The translations under genes and the position numbers were made by a program. A stretch of 63,922 bases of DNA, the filler included, from Octopus bimaculoides (taxonomy: Eukaryota), in assembly GCF_001194135.2 (NCBI RefSeq). It is 4 parts of 4 records of this genome, joined end to end, with 100 filler letters (N's around TTAATTAATTAA, not from the genome) between each part and the next. Parts side by side here need not be neighbours in the genome. Positions count along the whole stretch, not along the records: positions 1 to 25,704 come from NC_068990.1; 3 more parts are not named here. One strand, written 5' to 3'. The notes below the pieces were generated by a model. That model was given only the letters and a program-made list of their open reading frames with translations. It had not been told where the DNA came from and did not search any database. Shown piece by piece: positions 12,415-24,344 of the stretch (within the stretch, counting starts at the first letter, position 1; every line of letters starts with the position of its first letter).

Positions 12415-13469
12415 GCACAGAAAAAAACATATCTGACGAGAAAGATGAAGTGGTCAAACTCTGAACAGGAACAGACTACCTCTATGCATGCAAGTACATG
12501 TGCATATATGTACAGTTGATCATAACCCCAACCAATTTCTAATTGGCTGTAGAGCACTGTCAATGGATCGATGAATACCTTCTTCAGACATATTAAGAAG
12601 TTCCATATGAGGTTCCTGCATTTCTAGTGACCATATCTAAATGTGAGTGGATCTATATCTATGTGTGTGTGTGTATGTGCATGCATATGAAGTGTGAAGG
12701 CTCATGCTCTAATGATTTGGGTGTTAGGTTCACAATCATAAGGTCATGGGTTCAATTCCTTGACAAGGTACTATGCTGTGTCTTTCAGAAAGGCACTTTA
12801 TTTAGCATCGCTCCAATACACCTCACTGAAATGAGTACCAGCTGAGTATGAAATACTGGTGCAGTGCTCCCTCCGTCCAGCCATTATATCCTCAATGTTC
12901 CATTGGGTCTAGGGTGAAAGGGCTGAGGGAGTGTCTATTTCAGCAACCAAAAATATAAGAATTTAAAACAATTTGTGAATGCAGGGCATGTCACCAAGTC
13001 ATAGTTGATTGCAAGTGATGGCTGTAGTTAGTTATATAGTGTGTGCATCCAACTTCAACACCGACTCCAAAAATGAAAGAATGGATAGAGCAGACACAGG
13101 CTACTTGTCTGGGAAGGAAGGAATTCTAAACAGGAGCTGATACACAGTAGAAAGAACACTTTGATATAATTAAAGACACTCTCTTTAGTGCATAATTCTA
13201 GGTGACATTATTAGCATTTTTCATATAAATCTGCCCAAGCCTACAGTTGGTTCTATGTTGCAAACTTCATCTTTTACATTAAAAATCCTCTCATTAAAAT
13301 TTCATGTTGAATTATGTTCAAAACACCAACTTAATAAAGGCTATTTTACCACATTCTTTATAATTTTCAGAGTTAACTGGAACAATGGCTGTGAATTACA
13401 CACAAAACACACACACACACACGTGGCTGGTGTTTTTAGCTTCGATCTACCAAAGTCACTAATCCATTC

Positions 13470-13720
13470 TGTGGAGGCATGAGGCATAGTGGTTACGATG
13501 TTGAGCTTATGCTTGCAAGATTGTGGTTTCGATTCCTGGACCAGGCAACACATTGTGTTCTTGAGCAAAACACTTCATTTCATGTTGCTCCAGTCTACTT
13601 AGCTGGCAAAGATGAGTAACCCTGTGATGGACCAGAGACCCGTCCAGGTAGGGAATTTATATGCCAAGAAAACTAGGAAACTGGCCCTTATGAGTTAGTA
13701 TGACATGAGAAGGTAACTTT
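13470..13720 (+). mobile_element. tRNA-head SINE family D
   Basis: tagtggtta..gtggtttcgattcctggacc head and gtgttcttgagcaaaacacttcatttc body, repeated at 27365, 35995, 55100 and 62548. Confidence 0.7.
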
Positions 13721-15584
13721 ACTTTACCTTTTACTAATCAATTCACAAGGCCTTGGTTGGTCTGGAACTATAGAATACATTTGCTTAGCAGTGGGACTGA
13801 ACTTGAAACCATGTGGTTAGGGGGCAAATGCTGTAACAACACAGCCACAACTGCACTTAACTTCTTAATCACATCAACATAAGAACATGGTTTTTAATTA
13901 TTTGATTGAGACATGGCCAGATTTGATCTTGGAATGTAAAGAGTTACAACTAAATGCTGAAAGTTATCAACATCACTGATAAAGAATTCTGTGGGTGGTG
14001 GGGGCACATCAGTGAAAGGGAAGAAACGTATGACACCTGATGTGACATCTGCTTGATGGACGTATTGCTTAGAGATTCAGACCATGTAAATCAAGGTGTC
14101 TTCTGAACTACACACTGTTACACTACAGCACATCTGGCCATACAACACTACACCATACAACATCACAAACACTGCACAGCACACTACACCATACAACAAC
14201 ATACAACATGTTGTATCTCACATCAACACAGCACATAATGCTGCATGGCAACACAAACACCATACAACGCACAATAACACAAACATCATACAACAACACA
14301 GAACAACACATAGAACACTATAGCACACAACAACAACAACACAAACACTATACAATGCACAATGACATAAACACCAAGCAAAAGCACATTAATAGTTAAA
14401 AACCTAAAAGTGGTACCTCCTAAATGATCCCAGAACTTTCTAGGAATGGAAATAAATGTCTATGAGCATAGGTGTGCTTGATCAGGGTTGGCCAGGGGCT
14501 AAACACAAACAACACCTATTACAGCAACAGCAACACCTAAAGCATGAGCCAGACAAAGAGCCTCTATGATGTCACAAGAATTGTCAGAGATAGCAGCTAA
14601 ATCTGTCTCCAATCACACTGACTGTCATCTTATCATGAAAAGGAATTACATATTGGACATATTGCTCTTTGATGAATAGGTCTGATGGATTAACACTAGC
14701 CTGGGGCTAAAAGAAACAACAACTGCTGCTGATGCTGCTGCTGCTGCTGGTGGTTCTGTATGGTGGTGGGAGGAGGAGAAGAAGAAGAAGAAGACTGTCA
14801 AGTATTTTTAAATATGAGGAGCTACGTCATGCAAAAGAAAATAGATAACAGAAAATAATAATAATAATAATAATAATAACGACAATAATAATAACGACAA
14901 TAATAACAACAACAAGATAAAAAAATATACAAAGAAATAAACAAAATAATCTTTTAATTTAATCTCTGCCGCATACTCTATACCCCATTTTTCTTTTTAC
15001 AAAACAAAAAAGAAGTGGGTGATAAAATAACTAACAACCTCTAAACAATAATAATTCGGTCTTTCTAATAGTTAATCCCTCCTTTAGAGCACGAAGAAGC
15101 CAGATTGGCTACATTTTTGGGGTTCTTTATTTTTTTGGTATCATGTACTCAGTAATTATCCTTATATCCTATACATAAGATAGTGAGTTTGCTGCAGCAA
15201 CTAATAGAGGCCTGCAGGCAAATATCCCACCTTCACCCACAACGTAAACCACACACACACACACACACAGTGCAATTGCTGCCGCCACCACTACCACCAC
15301 CATTGCTACTGCATTTGTTGCCACCACTAACCACTGCCACCATTTTGCCACTATGATTCCTCACCTCACCTTTTATCAAGGCAAGAAAATGAAAGAATGA
15401 GGACTGACCTTTTTGACCGATATAAACAGTTTATTTACAAATGCTTTCATGTTTTTTTTTTAATTTCTTTTACTTTTGTTTATGCTGAGTTCAAATGCAA
15501 AACATGCTGTCTGTCAGCTCCAAATATTTTTCCATAAACAATGAATTGTTTGTTACAATATCATAACAACATAAGCATAATATT

Positions 15585-15795
15585 GGTCTCAAATTCTGTC
15601 ACAAGGCCAGTAAGTTTGGGTGGGGGAGGTAACTCAATTACATTGAACCCCAGTGTTTCACTGGCACTCAATTTATCAACTCTGAAAGGATGAAGGGCAA
15701 AGTCGACCGAGGCAGAATTTGAACTTAGAACGTCAAGTTGGACAAAATACTGCAAACCCAAATGGTCTGGCATGCTAATCATTCTGCCAGCTCAC
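15585..15795 (-). mobile_element. SINE family A
   Basis: Same body as the other family A copies. Confidence 0.8.
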
Positions 15796-15913
15796 ATAAC
15801 ATTGATGGTATCATACAGCAGGTAATACTATAATGATGCCACACAATAGAAAACTGCAACAGTAATAGCAATTTATTAGAGTTTACCAATGCTACACACA
15901 AAAGAGTGAGATA

Positions 15914-15950
<37 letters not shown>

Positions 15951-16089
15951 CAGAATGGGACTAGAACACAAAACATCCAGACGGTTAGGTGATACAAAAA
16001 AGGGACAAAACATCCAGACAGACGATACGAAGAAAACAAGGACGGGTCATTTGGAATTTTGTTTCTTCAGTCAAGATCAAGATTATCTT

Positions 16090-16285
16090 TGCAATTTTGG
16101 CTGCTTATTCTCGATATTGCTCCAATCTGGCCAGCTCCAAGGAAAAACTAAGCTAAGGGCATTAGATTCCTTGGAAGAAAGCAGTAAATGTATACAAAAA
16201 CAAGGACGGAAAAAAAACGAACAATGTTACACAAATAGAATAAAAATAATAACAGGACATAACAACAGATGTCTTTCGACTAAGG
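16090..16285. repeat. Interspersed repeat (possibly Penelope-associated); inverted homologue at 33200-33415
   Basis: ctccaatctg..ccaaggaaaaac..agctaag.gcattagattcctt..aatgtatacaaaaacaaggacgg..gaacaatgttacacaaata occurs in opposite orientation at ~33200-33415. Confidence 0.75.
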
Positions 16286-16305
16286 ACGAATTAAATTAAG
16301 CCAGC

Positions 16306-16346
<41 letters not shown>

Positions 16347-16734
16347 CCATCATCATCATCATCATGCTTTTAACACCTGCTTTTCTACGGCCACATGCCC
16401 TTCCTGTCACCAACCTACACCTGTTTCCAAGCAAAGTAATATTTCCCCTCATGAGTGGACATGTTTCTGTGGAAATTTAGAAATGAAGGACATCACTTAT
16501 ATGATAGTGACATCTGCTTACAACAGTCACCCATACCCCACCCACAGTCTTCTTTCATTTTCTGTCGACCAAATCCATTCAGAAATTTATGTATTTGTGA
16601 TATGCTAAGAAGCAGTGCACGGTACCAGGATTTACAACTCAAGTCAAATGTAACAGACTATTCCAAATCATTCTTAGAGTATCTGCAAAAGTGGGGTTTA
16701 AACTGTATGTATGTATGCAAGTACGTATGTAGCC

Positions 16735-16739
<5 letters not shown>

Positions 16740-16772
<33 letters not shown>

Positions 16773-17000
16773 GTAAATCAGTGTGTATGTCTTTGTGCCT
16801 GTGTTTGTCCCCCCATTACCACTTGACAACTGGTGTTGGTGTGTTTATATCTGTGTAACTTAGCAATTCAGCAAAAGGGACCAATAGAATAAGTACTAGA
16901 CTTTAAAAAAAAACAGTCCTAGGATTGATTTGTTTAACTAAAACCCTTCAAGGTAGTGCTCCTGCATGGCTGTAGTCAAATGCCTGAAACAAGTAAAGGA
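16740..17000 (+). mobile_element. SINE family B, 3' half with (TA)n
   Basis: Homologous to 11525-11775; ends just before the IFT88 exon at 17033. Confidence 0.75.
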
Positions 17001-17032
17001 ATAAAAAAAAAATACAAAAACAAATATGTTAC

Positions 17033-17164
17033 CTATTTCTCTTGATTTTGAGGAACCATCTTCTATCACATCACCTGTTCGCTGACCACTGCCCAATCGG
17101 TCAGCCATCCTCTGTGTGACCTTACCACTGGATTTCCTGCTGCTGCTACCACTACCTGTCCTTT
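17033..17164 (-). CDS. IFT88: IFT88 coding exon (phase 1 to 1): (E)RTGSGSSSRKSSGKVTQRMADRLGSGQRTGDVIEDGSSKSREI
   Basis: Acceptor catttaaatttcag, donor TAG|gtaaca; 132 nt, open only in the phase-1 frame. Ends in ..SREI like vertebrate ..SNKEI immediately before the DASY exon. Confidence 0.85.
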
Positions 17165-17344
17165 CTGAAATTTAAATGTGGAAAATGCAATTAAATGATA
17201 ACACACACACACACACACACACACACAAATACATATGCTTGGCGAATGTATAAAGAAGTGCCGATCTCTAACTGTAGAGGAAATCTGTGGAAGAGGTAGA
17301 GCCAGGAAGACATAGGACGAGGTGGTGAAGCATGATCCTCAAAT

Positions 17345-17668
17345 GTTAGGCCTCATGGAGGCAATGAGAAGTGACCAACACCTTTGGCAATATGCTGTGC
17401 TTGAGAAGACTCGTCAAGCCAGGTGAAATTGCAGTTGTAGCTGATGCCAGCGGCACATAACCTGTTTCAGTGGCACATAAAAGCACCCATGCTAGTGGCA
17501 TGTAAAATGCACCCAGTACACTCTTGGAGTAGTTGGCGTTAAGAAGGGTATCCAGCTGTAGAAATTCTGTCAAATCAGACTGGAACCTGGAGCAGCTCTC
17601 CAGGTTAGCAGCTCCATTTAAACTGTCTAACCCATGCCAGCAGACACTAAATGATGATGATGATGATG
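17345..17668 (+). mobile_element. SINE family C with (GAT)n RTE-type tail
   Basis: gttggcgttaagaagggtatccagctgtagaa..aacccatgccagc..taaatgatgatgat; related copies at ~10030-10345, 22482-22722, 24895-25152 and 25462-25704(-). Confidence 0.75.
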
Positions 17669-17926
17669 TTGGTGACGATACATACATTCACATATGTATA
17701 ACAGAATAAAGTACAGACAGGCAAATAACTAGAATCAGGTCAGGTCAGATTATGACTTTGATATCTTTCTACAATACACAGGAAGAGAAGAATGCTTCAA
17801 GGAATTTAAATCACAAGAGATCAATAAACAATCGATTCAGCCTCAGCACTAATTGACTAATTGTAGTTACCTATCAGCCACATCATCAGACGTAGTATTA
17901 CCTGCAATTTACATACATATGTGTGT

Positions 17927-17957
<31 letters not shown>

Positions 17958-18859
17958 AATGTGTGTGTGTGTGTGTGAATGTGTGTCTAAGCATCTATGT
18001 ATATATATATATGGATACATATTCCAACTGTCTATGTGGGAGCATCACTATGTACTTAATGTTGGCACCATCGTTGGTTAAATGTAGCATGACCAACTGA
18101 GCATGTTTAATTCATATCTAATCTTCTATTCTCCCTTGATCAAGAAATTTAATTCTACCATTCTGTGAAGCTATAAACTATGTTATTGAGACTTGGCACT
18201 CTAGATGTCTGTCAAAACTGTTCCTACTATAACGATAAATTTAAGTAGACAGGGGTTAACAAATGTACCACTATATATGCATGTACGCATACATGCATCT
18301 ATATATGTATGTACATATGTATGTATGTATGTATGAATCTATCTATCTATCTATTTATTTGTATATCTCTCTCTCTTTTATATATGTAGTCCTTCTCTTT
18401 TAGTGCCTTATAACTTAACACACTCACCGGTAAAATTTCCACTTATTTCTTTTGTAATTTTTCTAAAACTTTTGTTGCGTTTTGCAACCTTTTCAATAGT
18501 TTTGACTCTGTCTGTAATTCACACTGCATTCCTTTTTGTTTGTTTGTGTGCATGTGTGTGGGTTAGTGCGTGTGGCTGTGCATATACATGCATGTATGCA
18601 TGTATGCATGCATGCATGTATGCATGTATTTATGTATGTATGTATTCTGCATATTCATGTGCCTGCGTGTCCATGTTTGTGTGTTTTTACGTAAGTGTGC
18701 GTGTGTTGGTATATGTGTGTATGTACCTCTATCTCTTTGTCTGTGCATGTCTGAGTGTGTGTGTATGTGTGTGAGTGTGTGTTTACCTCTATCTCCTTGT
18801 GTGTGCATGTCTGAATGTGTGTGTATGTGTGTGTTTTGCAACTATGTACTGTGTCAATG

Positions 18860-19760
18860 TAATCAACTTAACCTCTCCCCAGAATTTGCTGGCCTTTGAA
18901 ACCAATAATGGATTTACATTTTGGCACAAGGCCATCAATTTCAGGGAAGGAGCTAGTTGATTGCATCAACCCCAGTACTTGACTGGTACTTTATCAACCC
19001 TGGAAGGAAGAAAGGGGTCAAAGTTGGCCTCAGAAGAATTTGAACTCAGAATGTAAAACTAAAAGAAATGCTGCTAAGTATTTTGCCTGGCACAGTAACA
19101 ATTCTGCCAGCTTGTCACCATAATAATAATAATAATAATAATCCTTTCTACTATAGGCACAAAGCCTGAAATTTTCAGTGGGTGGACTAGCCAATTACAT
19201 TGACCCTAGTGTTTCACTGGTACTTAANNNNNNNNNNNNNNNNNNNNNNNNNNNNNNNNNNNNNNNNNNNNNNNNNNNNNNNNNNNNNNNNNNNNNNNNN
19301 NNNNNNNNNNNNNNNNNNNNNNNNNNNNNNNNNNNNNNNNNNNNNNNNNNNNNNNNNNNNNNNNNNNNNNNNNNNNNNNNNNNNNNNNNNNNNNNNNNNN
19401 NNNNNNNNNNNNNNNNNNNNNNNNNNNNNNNNNNNNNNNNNNNNNNNNNNNNNNNNNNNNNNNNNNNNNNNNNNNNNNNNNNNNNNNNNNNNNNNNNNNN
19501 NNNNNNNNNNNNNNNNNNNNNNNNNNNNNNNNNNNNNNNNNNNNNNNNNNNNNNNNNNNNNNNNNNNNNNNNNNNNNNNNNNNNNNNNNNNNNNNATGAG
19601 AAATGTTTGTATATTATGACCGTCTGCCTTGACATTCTGAGTTCAAATTCTGCCAAGGTCGACTTTACCTTTCATCCTTTTGGGGTCAATAAATTAAGTA
19701 CCAGTTGTGTACTGGAGTTGATCTAATCAACTTGCCCATCCTCACAAAAATTTCAGGCCT
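18860..19760. mobile_element. Cluster of family A SINE pieces around a gap
   Basis: Plus-strand tail, two minus copies, and a plus copy after the N run. Confidence 0.75.
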
Positions 19761-20188
19761 AGAAAAATATATTGTGACAGTTACAGAATATAGAAAGTAA
19801 TGTAACACCAATGACTATATAATCCGACCAAAATATCTCAGTTACACAAACGTAAACAGAATTACTATTTAACCTTAGAATACATCGGACATATTCAAAG
19901 AACCATCTTGGTTTAGTGGTACGGAACGTTCTTCTGGTATTCTTTGATTCTCTTACTCGTTTCAGTCGTTTGTGGGACAAACACACACACACACATATCT
20001 ATATATATGATGGGCTTGAAGGCAGCGGTGATGCTGTCTGGTGCCATTTTGTGGTTTGCGGGTTCTGCCGAGAGAGATCCAGCACACAATCATAGACATA
20101 CAAACATACACATACATGCACACGCATACACAAACACATAGCTAGAGAGAGAGAGACAGTCAGATATAGTCCACAACGAAGTCTTCAC

Positions 20189-20219
<31 letters not shown>

Positions 20220-20819
20220 TACCTGTTGCTTTGCCACAGACTGGAATTGTTTCTGTTGTCTTCAAAAGTGAAATTGACATCCAATATTTGCTGTGTGTAA
20301 GTATCTACTGATTTAAGTATCTACCGTCTCTTTCACTCTCTCTTTCTCTTTCACTTCTTGTCTGTCCTTCTTCTCTCCTGTTTTTCATTTAACAATGTGT
20401 ATATGTATCTATGTATCTACTTCTCTAGCGATGAACGCAGTCACCACTCACTGTTTCTTTCACTTTCTCTCTTTCTCACACGCTTTCTCTCTCTCTCAGT
20501 CTCTTAGGTCCTCTCTGAAAAGGCAAAACGAACGCCGTCACCACTCACTGTCTCTTTCACTCTCTCTCTCTCTTTCACTCTTACTTCCTCTCTGAAACAT
20601 TTAAAAACACAAAACGAACGCCGTCACCACTCTCTCTCTGTTTCCCTCTCTCTCTTTCTCTCTTACTTCCTCTCTCGCTTTGCCACTTCTTTGAAGTGTG
20701 ACACACACTACAAGTATGTACAAAAACATAGAGCGTATTAATATTATTGATGATAATATAATAATAATAATATTGATGATAATATAATAATAATAATAAT
20801 AATAATAAGGAATTCTCCA

Positions 20820-21200
20820 TTAAGACTTACCATACTATTAAGACAAGAAGACCAGACATGGTTATAGAAGACATAATAAACAGCAAGAACAGATTTTGCA
20901 ATACCCTATGATAGCTGAGTCAATACCAAAGATCTAACCAAAGAGCTGAGGAGACTGCAGAAGATCAAGGCAACAATTATTCCTGTAGTAGTAGTAGTAG
21001 GTGCACTTGGCACAACACCCAAAATGCTACCTAAAAGACTGAAAGAAATTGAAATTGAAACTCGCATTGTTGACCTGCAGAATTCTGGAAGAATCCTAAG
21101 AAAGATTCTTGAGATTTGAGGAGACTTACTGTCGTCAAACCACAAGATAGAATATCTGCTAAATAAACTAGTGTGCATTAGTGAAATAATAGTAACGATA
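20820..21200 (+). mobile_element. 3' fragment of an RLE-type (R4/Dong-like) LINE
   Basis: IKTRRPDMVIED..DFAIPYD..DLTKELRRL..IIPVVVVVGALG..GRILRKILEI* (restriction-like endonuclease PD..D region); preceded by (TAA)n. Confidence 0.75.
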
Positions 21201-21384
21201 ATAAATGTGATCAAATTCCAGCAACTGGTAATAGGTCAAGCTGGAGCACTGCCATAAAAAAAAAATTACCAAACTTTTTTTTATATATTAAATAAAAATA
21301 TAAAAGAGAATGAAACTTTGAAAACCAAAGATAAGAGAGAAGAAGATACATTAAAGGAGTATTATTCAGAGATATATCACCTAC

Positions 21385-21451
21385 CACTGCCAGCGCTTCC
21401 TTCTCGAGCATCTCGGTGCCGACCACTGCCTCGTCTGCCACTGTTGATTCT
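21385..21451 (-). CDS. IFT88: IFT88 coding exon (phase 0 to 1): RINSGRRGSGRHRDAREGSAGS
   Basis: Acceptor ttctttgtggcattcag, donor GTG|gtaggt; 67 nt; CpG-rich relative to flanks. Corresponds to vertebrate RIKSGRDGSGGSRGKREGSAS; phases fit both neighbouring exons. Confidence 0.88.
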
Positions 21452-21667
21452 CTGAATGCCACAAAGAACAGAGGAAATTTAATGCAATGAAGCAGTGTTG
21501 AATATATATATATTACCACATATGTTTTGGAACAGTTTAGATTCTCTGTCTATATGATATAAATTGATATATTGGTCTATGTTCATATGTGTTTCCATCA
21601 ACAAAGAGGGGTTTATATTTTATCTTCTTTGTCAACAGGAATACACACACACACACACATGTATATA

Positions 21668-21712
<45 letters not shown>

Positions 21713-22418
21713 NNNNNNNNNNNNNNNNNNNNNNNNNNNNNNNNNNNNNNNNNNNNNNNNNNNNNNNNNNNNNNNNNNNNNNNNNNNNNNNNNNNNNNNN
21801 NNNNNNNNNNNNNNNNNNNNNNNNNNNNNNNNNNNNNNNNNNNNNNNNNNNNNNNNNNNNNNNNNNNNNNNNNNNNNNNNNNNNNNNNNNNNNNNNNNNN
21901 NNNNNNNNNNNNNNNNNNNNNNNNNNNNNNNNNNNNNNNNNNNNNNNNNNNNNNNNNNNNNNNNNNNNNNNNNNNNNNNNNNNNNNNNNNNNNNNNNNNN
22001 NNNNNNNNNNNNNNNNNNNNNNNNNNNNNNNNNNNNNNNNNNNNNNNNNNNNNNNNNNNNNNNNNNNNNNNNNNNNNNNNNNNNNNNNNNNNNNNNNNNN
22101 NNNNNNNNNNNNNNNNNNNNNNNNNNNNNNNNNNNNNNNNNNNNNNNNNNNNNNNNNNNNNNNNNNNNNNNNNNNNNNNNNNNNNNNNNNNNNNNNNNNN
22201 NNNNNNNNNNNNNNNNNNNNNNNNNNNNNNNNNNNNNNNNNNNNNNNNNNNNNNNNNNNNNNNNNNNNNNNNNNNNNNNNNNNNNNNNNNNNNNNNNNNN
22301 NNNNNNNNNNNNNNNNNNNNNNNNNNNNNNNNNNNNNNNNNNNNNNNNNNNNNNNNNNNNNNNNNNNNNNNNNNNNNNNNNNNNNNNNNNNNNNNNNNNN
22401 NNNNNNNNNNNNNNNNNN

Positions 22419-22483
<65 letters not shown>

Positions 22484-23091
22484 GAAGTGGTTGGCATTTT
22501 GAAGGGCATCCAGCAGTAAAAACCATACCAAAACCGATCTTGCCTGTGCTTGTGCCATGTAAAATGCACACAGTTCACTCTGCAGGGTGGTTGGGGTTAA
22601 GAAGGGCATCCAGCCATAAGAACCATGCCAAACCAGACACAGTAGCCTGGTGTAGTCTTCTATCTGGCCAGCTCCTGTCAAACCATCCAATCCATGGATG
22701 ACTGACATTAAATGATGATGATGATATATATAGAGTTTCATTCAAACTCACTAATGTGAAGATGTGTATGGTCAACTGATTGGTTCAGGAATGCAATGCC
22801 TGTTTGTCTCACATGAATTGATGCAAGTGATGCTAAATGCTGCCTTATTAACAGTGCCCATCTCAACACATAAATACCATCTATTTCTTCTTTCTTTTTG
22901 TTAAAGGGCAGATTTTTCAGTTGTGTACAAACTGGTTTTAAATACACATGACCAGATAAAACTACGACAAGGAATAAACACACGAGAAAAAAGAAAGAAA
23001 GAAAAAAGGAAAGAAAGAAAGAAGAAAAGAAAGAAAGAAAAAAGGAAAGAAAGAAAGAAGAAAAGAAAGAAAGAAAGAATGCAGATATTAC

Positions 23092-23198
23092 CTGGTCACG
23101 TATTTCCTTAGCCTTTTCTGCTTTCTTTAGCTTTGTTGCATATTCTTGCGCATCTGGTAGACCCAGGTCAGCACTGATTTTTGTCAGAAACTTTAAAC
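23092..23198 (-). CDS. IFT88: IFT88 internal coding exon (phase 1 to 0): (C)LKFLTKISADLGLPDAQEYATKLKKAEKAKEIRDQ
   Basis: Strong acceptor (ttttttgttacag) and donor (CAG|gtaata); 107 nt = 2+35 codons. Peptide resembles the vertebrate IFT88 segment LRFLVRLCTDLGLKDAQEYARKLKRLEKMKEIREQ (recalled, not searched). Confidence 0.92.
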
Positions 23199-23379
23199 CT
23201 GTAACAAAAAAGACGAAGAGAAAATATGACACATATTCTTTTATAGGTTTCAGCCTCTAAAACACACACACACATGTATATAGTTCATAAATGAGATCAA
23301 GCTATTCTCTGTATAGAATACACTTAGTAGTACTCAAGAGATTTAAACTTGAGCGGATATAGAAGCAAATGTAGCGATA

Positions 23380-23773
23380 AACAAATTAGACATCAATATA
23401 TACAGTATATTAAATTCATGAAATACAAAATATGTGTATTTATGTATTACATATAAAAAGGTCTGACTTACACAGAATACAAATGAAATACAAAATTAAA
23501 GGGGTGGATGAAAAGTGTTACAAATCCAACAGCTGTTTCTGAGGGCTCGGTGGTCCATAATAATGCTTGTAGATTGATTCCATCATAAGATGACATGAGC
23601 CTCTGTCTTCTGGGAAGAGATTTGAGATGTTATAGGAGAGAAGTCCAAAGGCAGAATGCATACTATTTATTCCTCCACTCCTTTAATTCTCTATTTCATT
23701 TGTATTCATACACATTTTTTTGTATTTCATGTATTTAATATACTGTATATATTGAACTGTCTAATTTGCTTAT
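23380..23773. repeat. Foldback/MITE-like element with ~100 bp inverted arms
   Basis: caatatatacagtatattaaa..gaatacaaatgaaata..aattaaagg.gtgga is inverted at ~23665-23773. Confidence 0.75.
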
Positions 23774-23779
23774 GCCCAT

Positions 23780-24260
23780 ATATATGGTCTGACAGCCATG
23801 ACTGAGTTCTGCTGCTTGTGTGACAAGGTGCTGAGTCCTGTTGCCAGACACAGGGTCTTCCAGCAGCCACCCTCTCCAGGCATTTGATGTAGGCCTCCAT
23901 GTTGAGTCTGAGGCTGTGTAGAAAGATGAATGGAGGCTTAACATTGCCATTACTAATGATCACTCCAAACACCATGATGTTGACTGGATGTTTGATTTTT
24001 ATCACTCTTGGTACACGTTTTGGGGACACGGCAAGCCAATGGTTGTTCTGTATGTTCACCATCTGTTTGTATTGGAACTTCCGACATGAATGCCAAGCAG
24101 TACAGCATGTCGTCCAAATTTCTGGCAGAGTGAATTGCATCATGATGCTGTTTTTCTCACAGATGGTACCCAACTGACCCTACTATACTGAGTAACCAAC
24201 AAAATCAAAAACAATGTGCATACATGAAATTAAAAACAATTTACTCATTGCACCCTGTAT
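23780..24260 (-). mobile_element. Truncated Tc1/mariner (maT/DD37D-like) transposase fragment with 5' TIR
   Basis: HPVNIMVFGVIISNGNVKPPFIF..RVAAGRPCVWQQDSAPCHTS.RTQSWLS; TIR tacagggtgc.atg.gtaa at ~24240-24260. Confidence 0.8.
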
Positions 24261-24344
24261 ACAGATATTTTGATGTATACAGGGTGTGTACAGGGTGCGA
24301 TGGGTAAACTGTCGCTGTTTTATATTCTTAATTTCACACATACT

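Noticed and set aside
7775-12623. Chain of minus-strand exon-like segments (12579-12623, 10924-10971, 10504-10648, 9554 onward, 7775-7830)
   Set aside because: IFT88 exon 17033-17164 joins directly and in phase to the conserved terminal exon, and these peptides resemble nothing I recognise. The two symmetric ones (45 and 48 nt) cannot be excluded as rare cassettes.
17871-17901. 31-nt micro-exon candidate on the minus strand
   Set aside because: Not a multiple of three; inclusion would bring a stop into the next IFT88 exon.
20007-20141. MMGLKAAVMLSGAILWFAGSAE signal-like ORF (and opposite-strand MAPDSITAAFK)
   Set aside because: The plus frame has no donor and runs into a microsatellite; the minus frame lies within an IFT88 intron and includes (GT)n-derived codons.
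21537-22741. Long ORFs of X, YI, CV and HT repeats here and at 42377-43379, 47518-48719, 58437-59020 and 60583-63870
   Set aside because: Artefacts of N gaps and dinucleotide microsatellites.
22738-23232. 164-aa ORF as a single coding unit
   Set aside because: Only 23092-23198 is IFT88; the rest reads through a (CTTT)n intronic tract.
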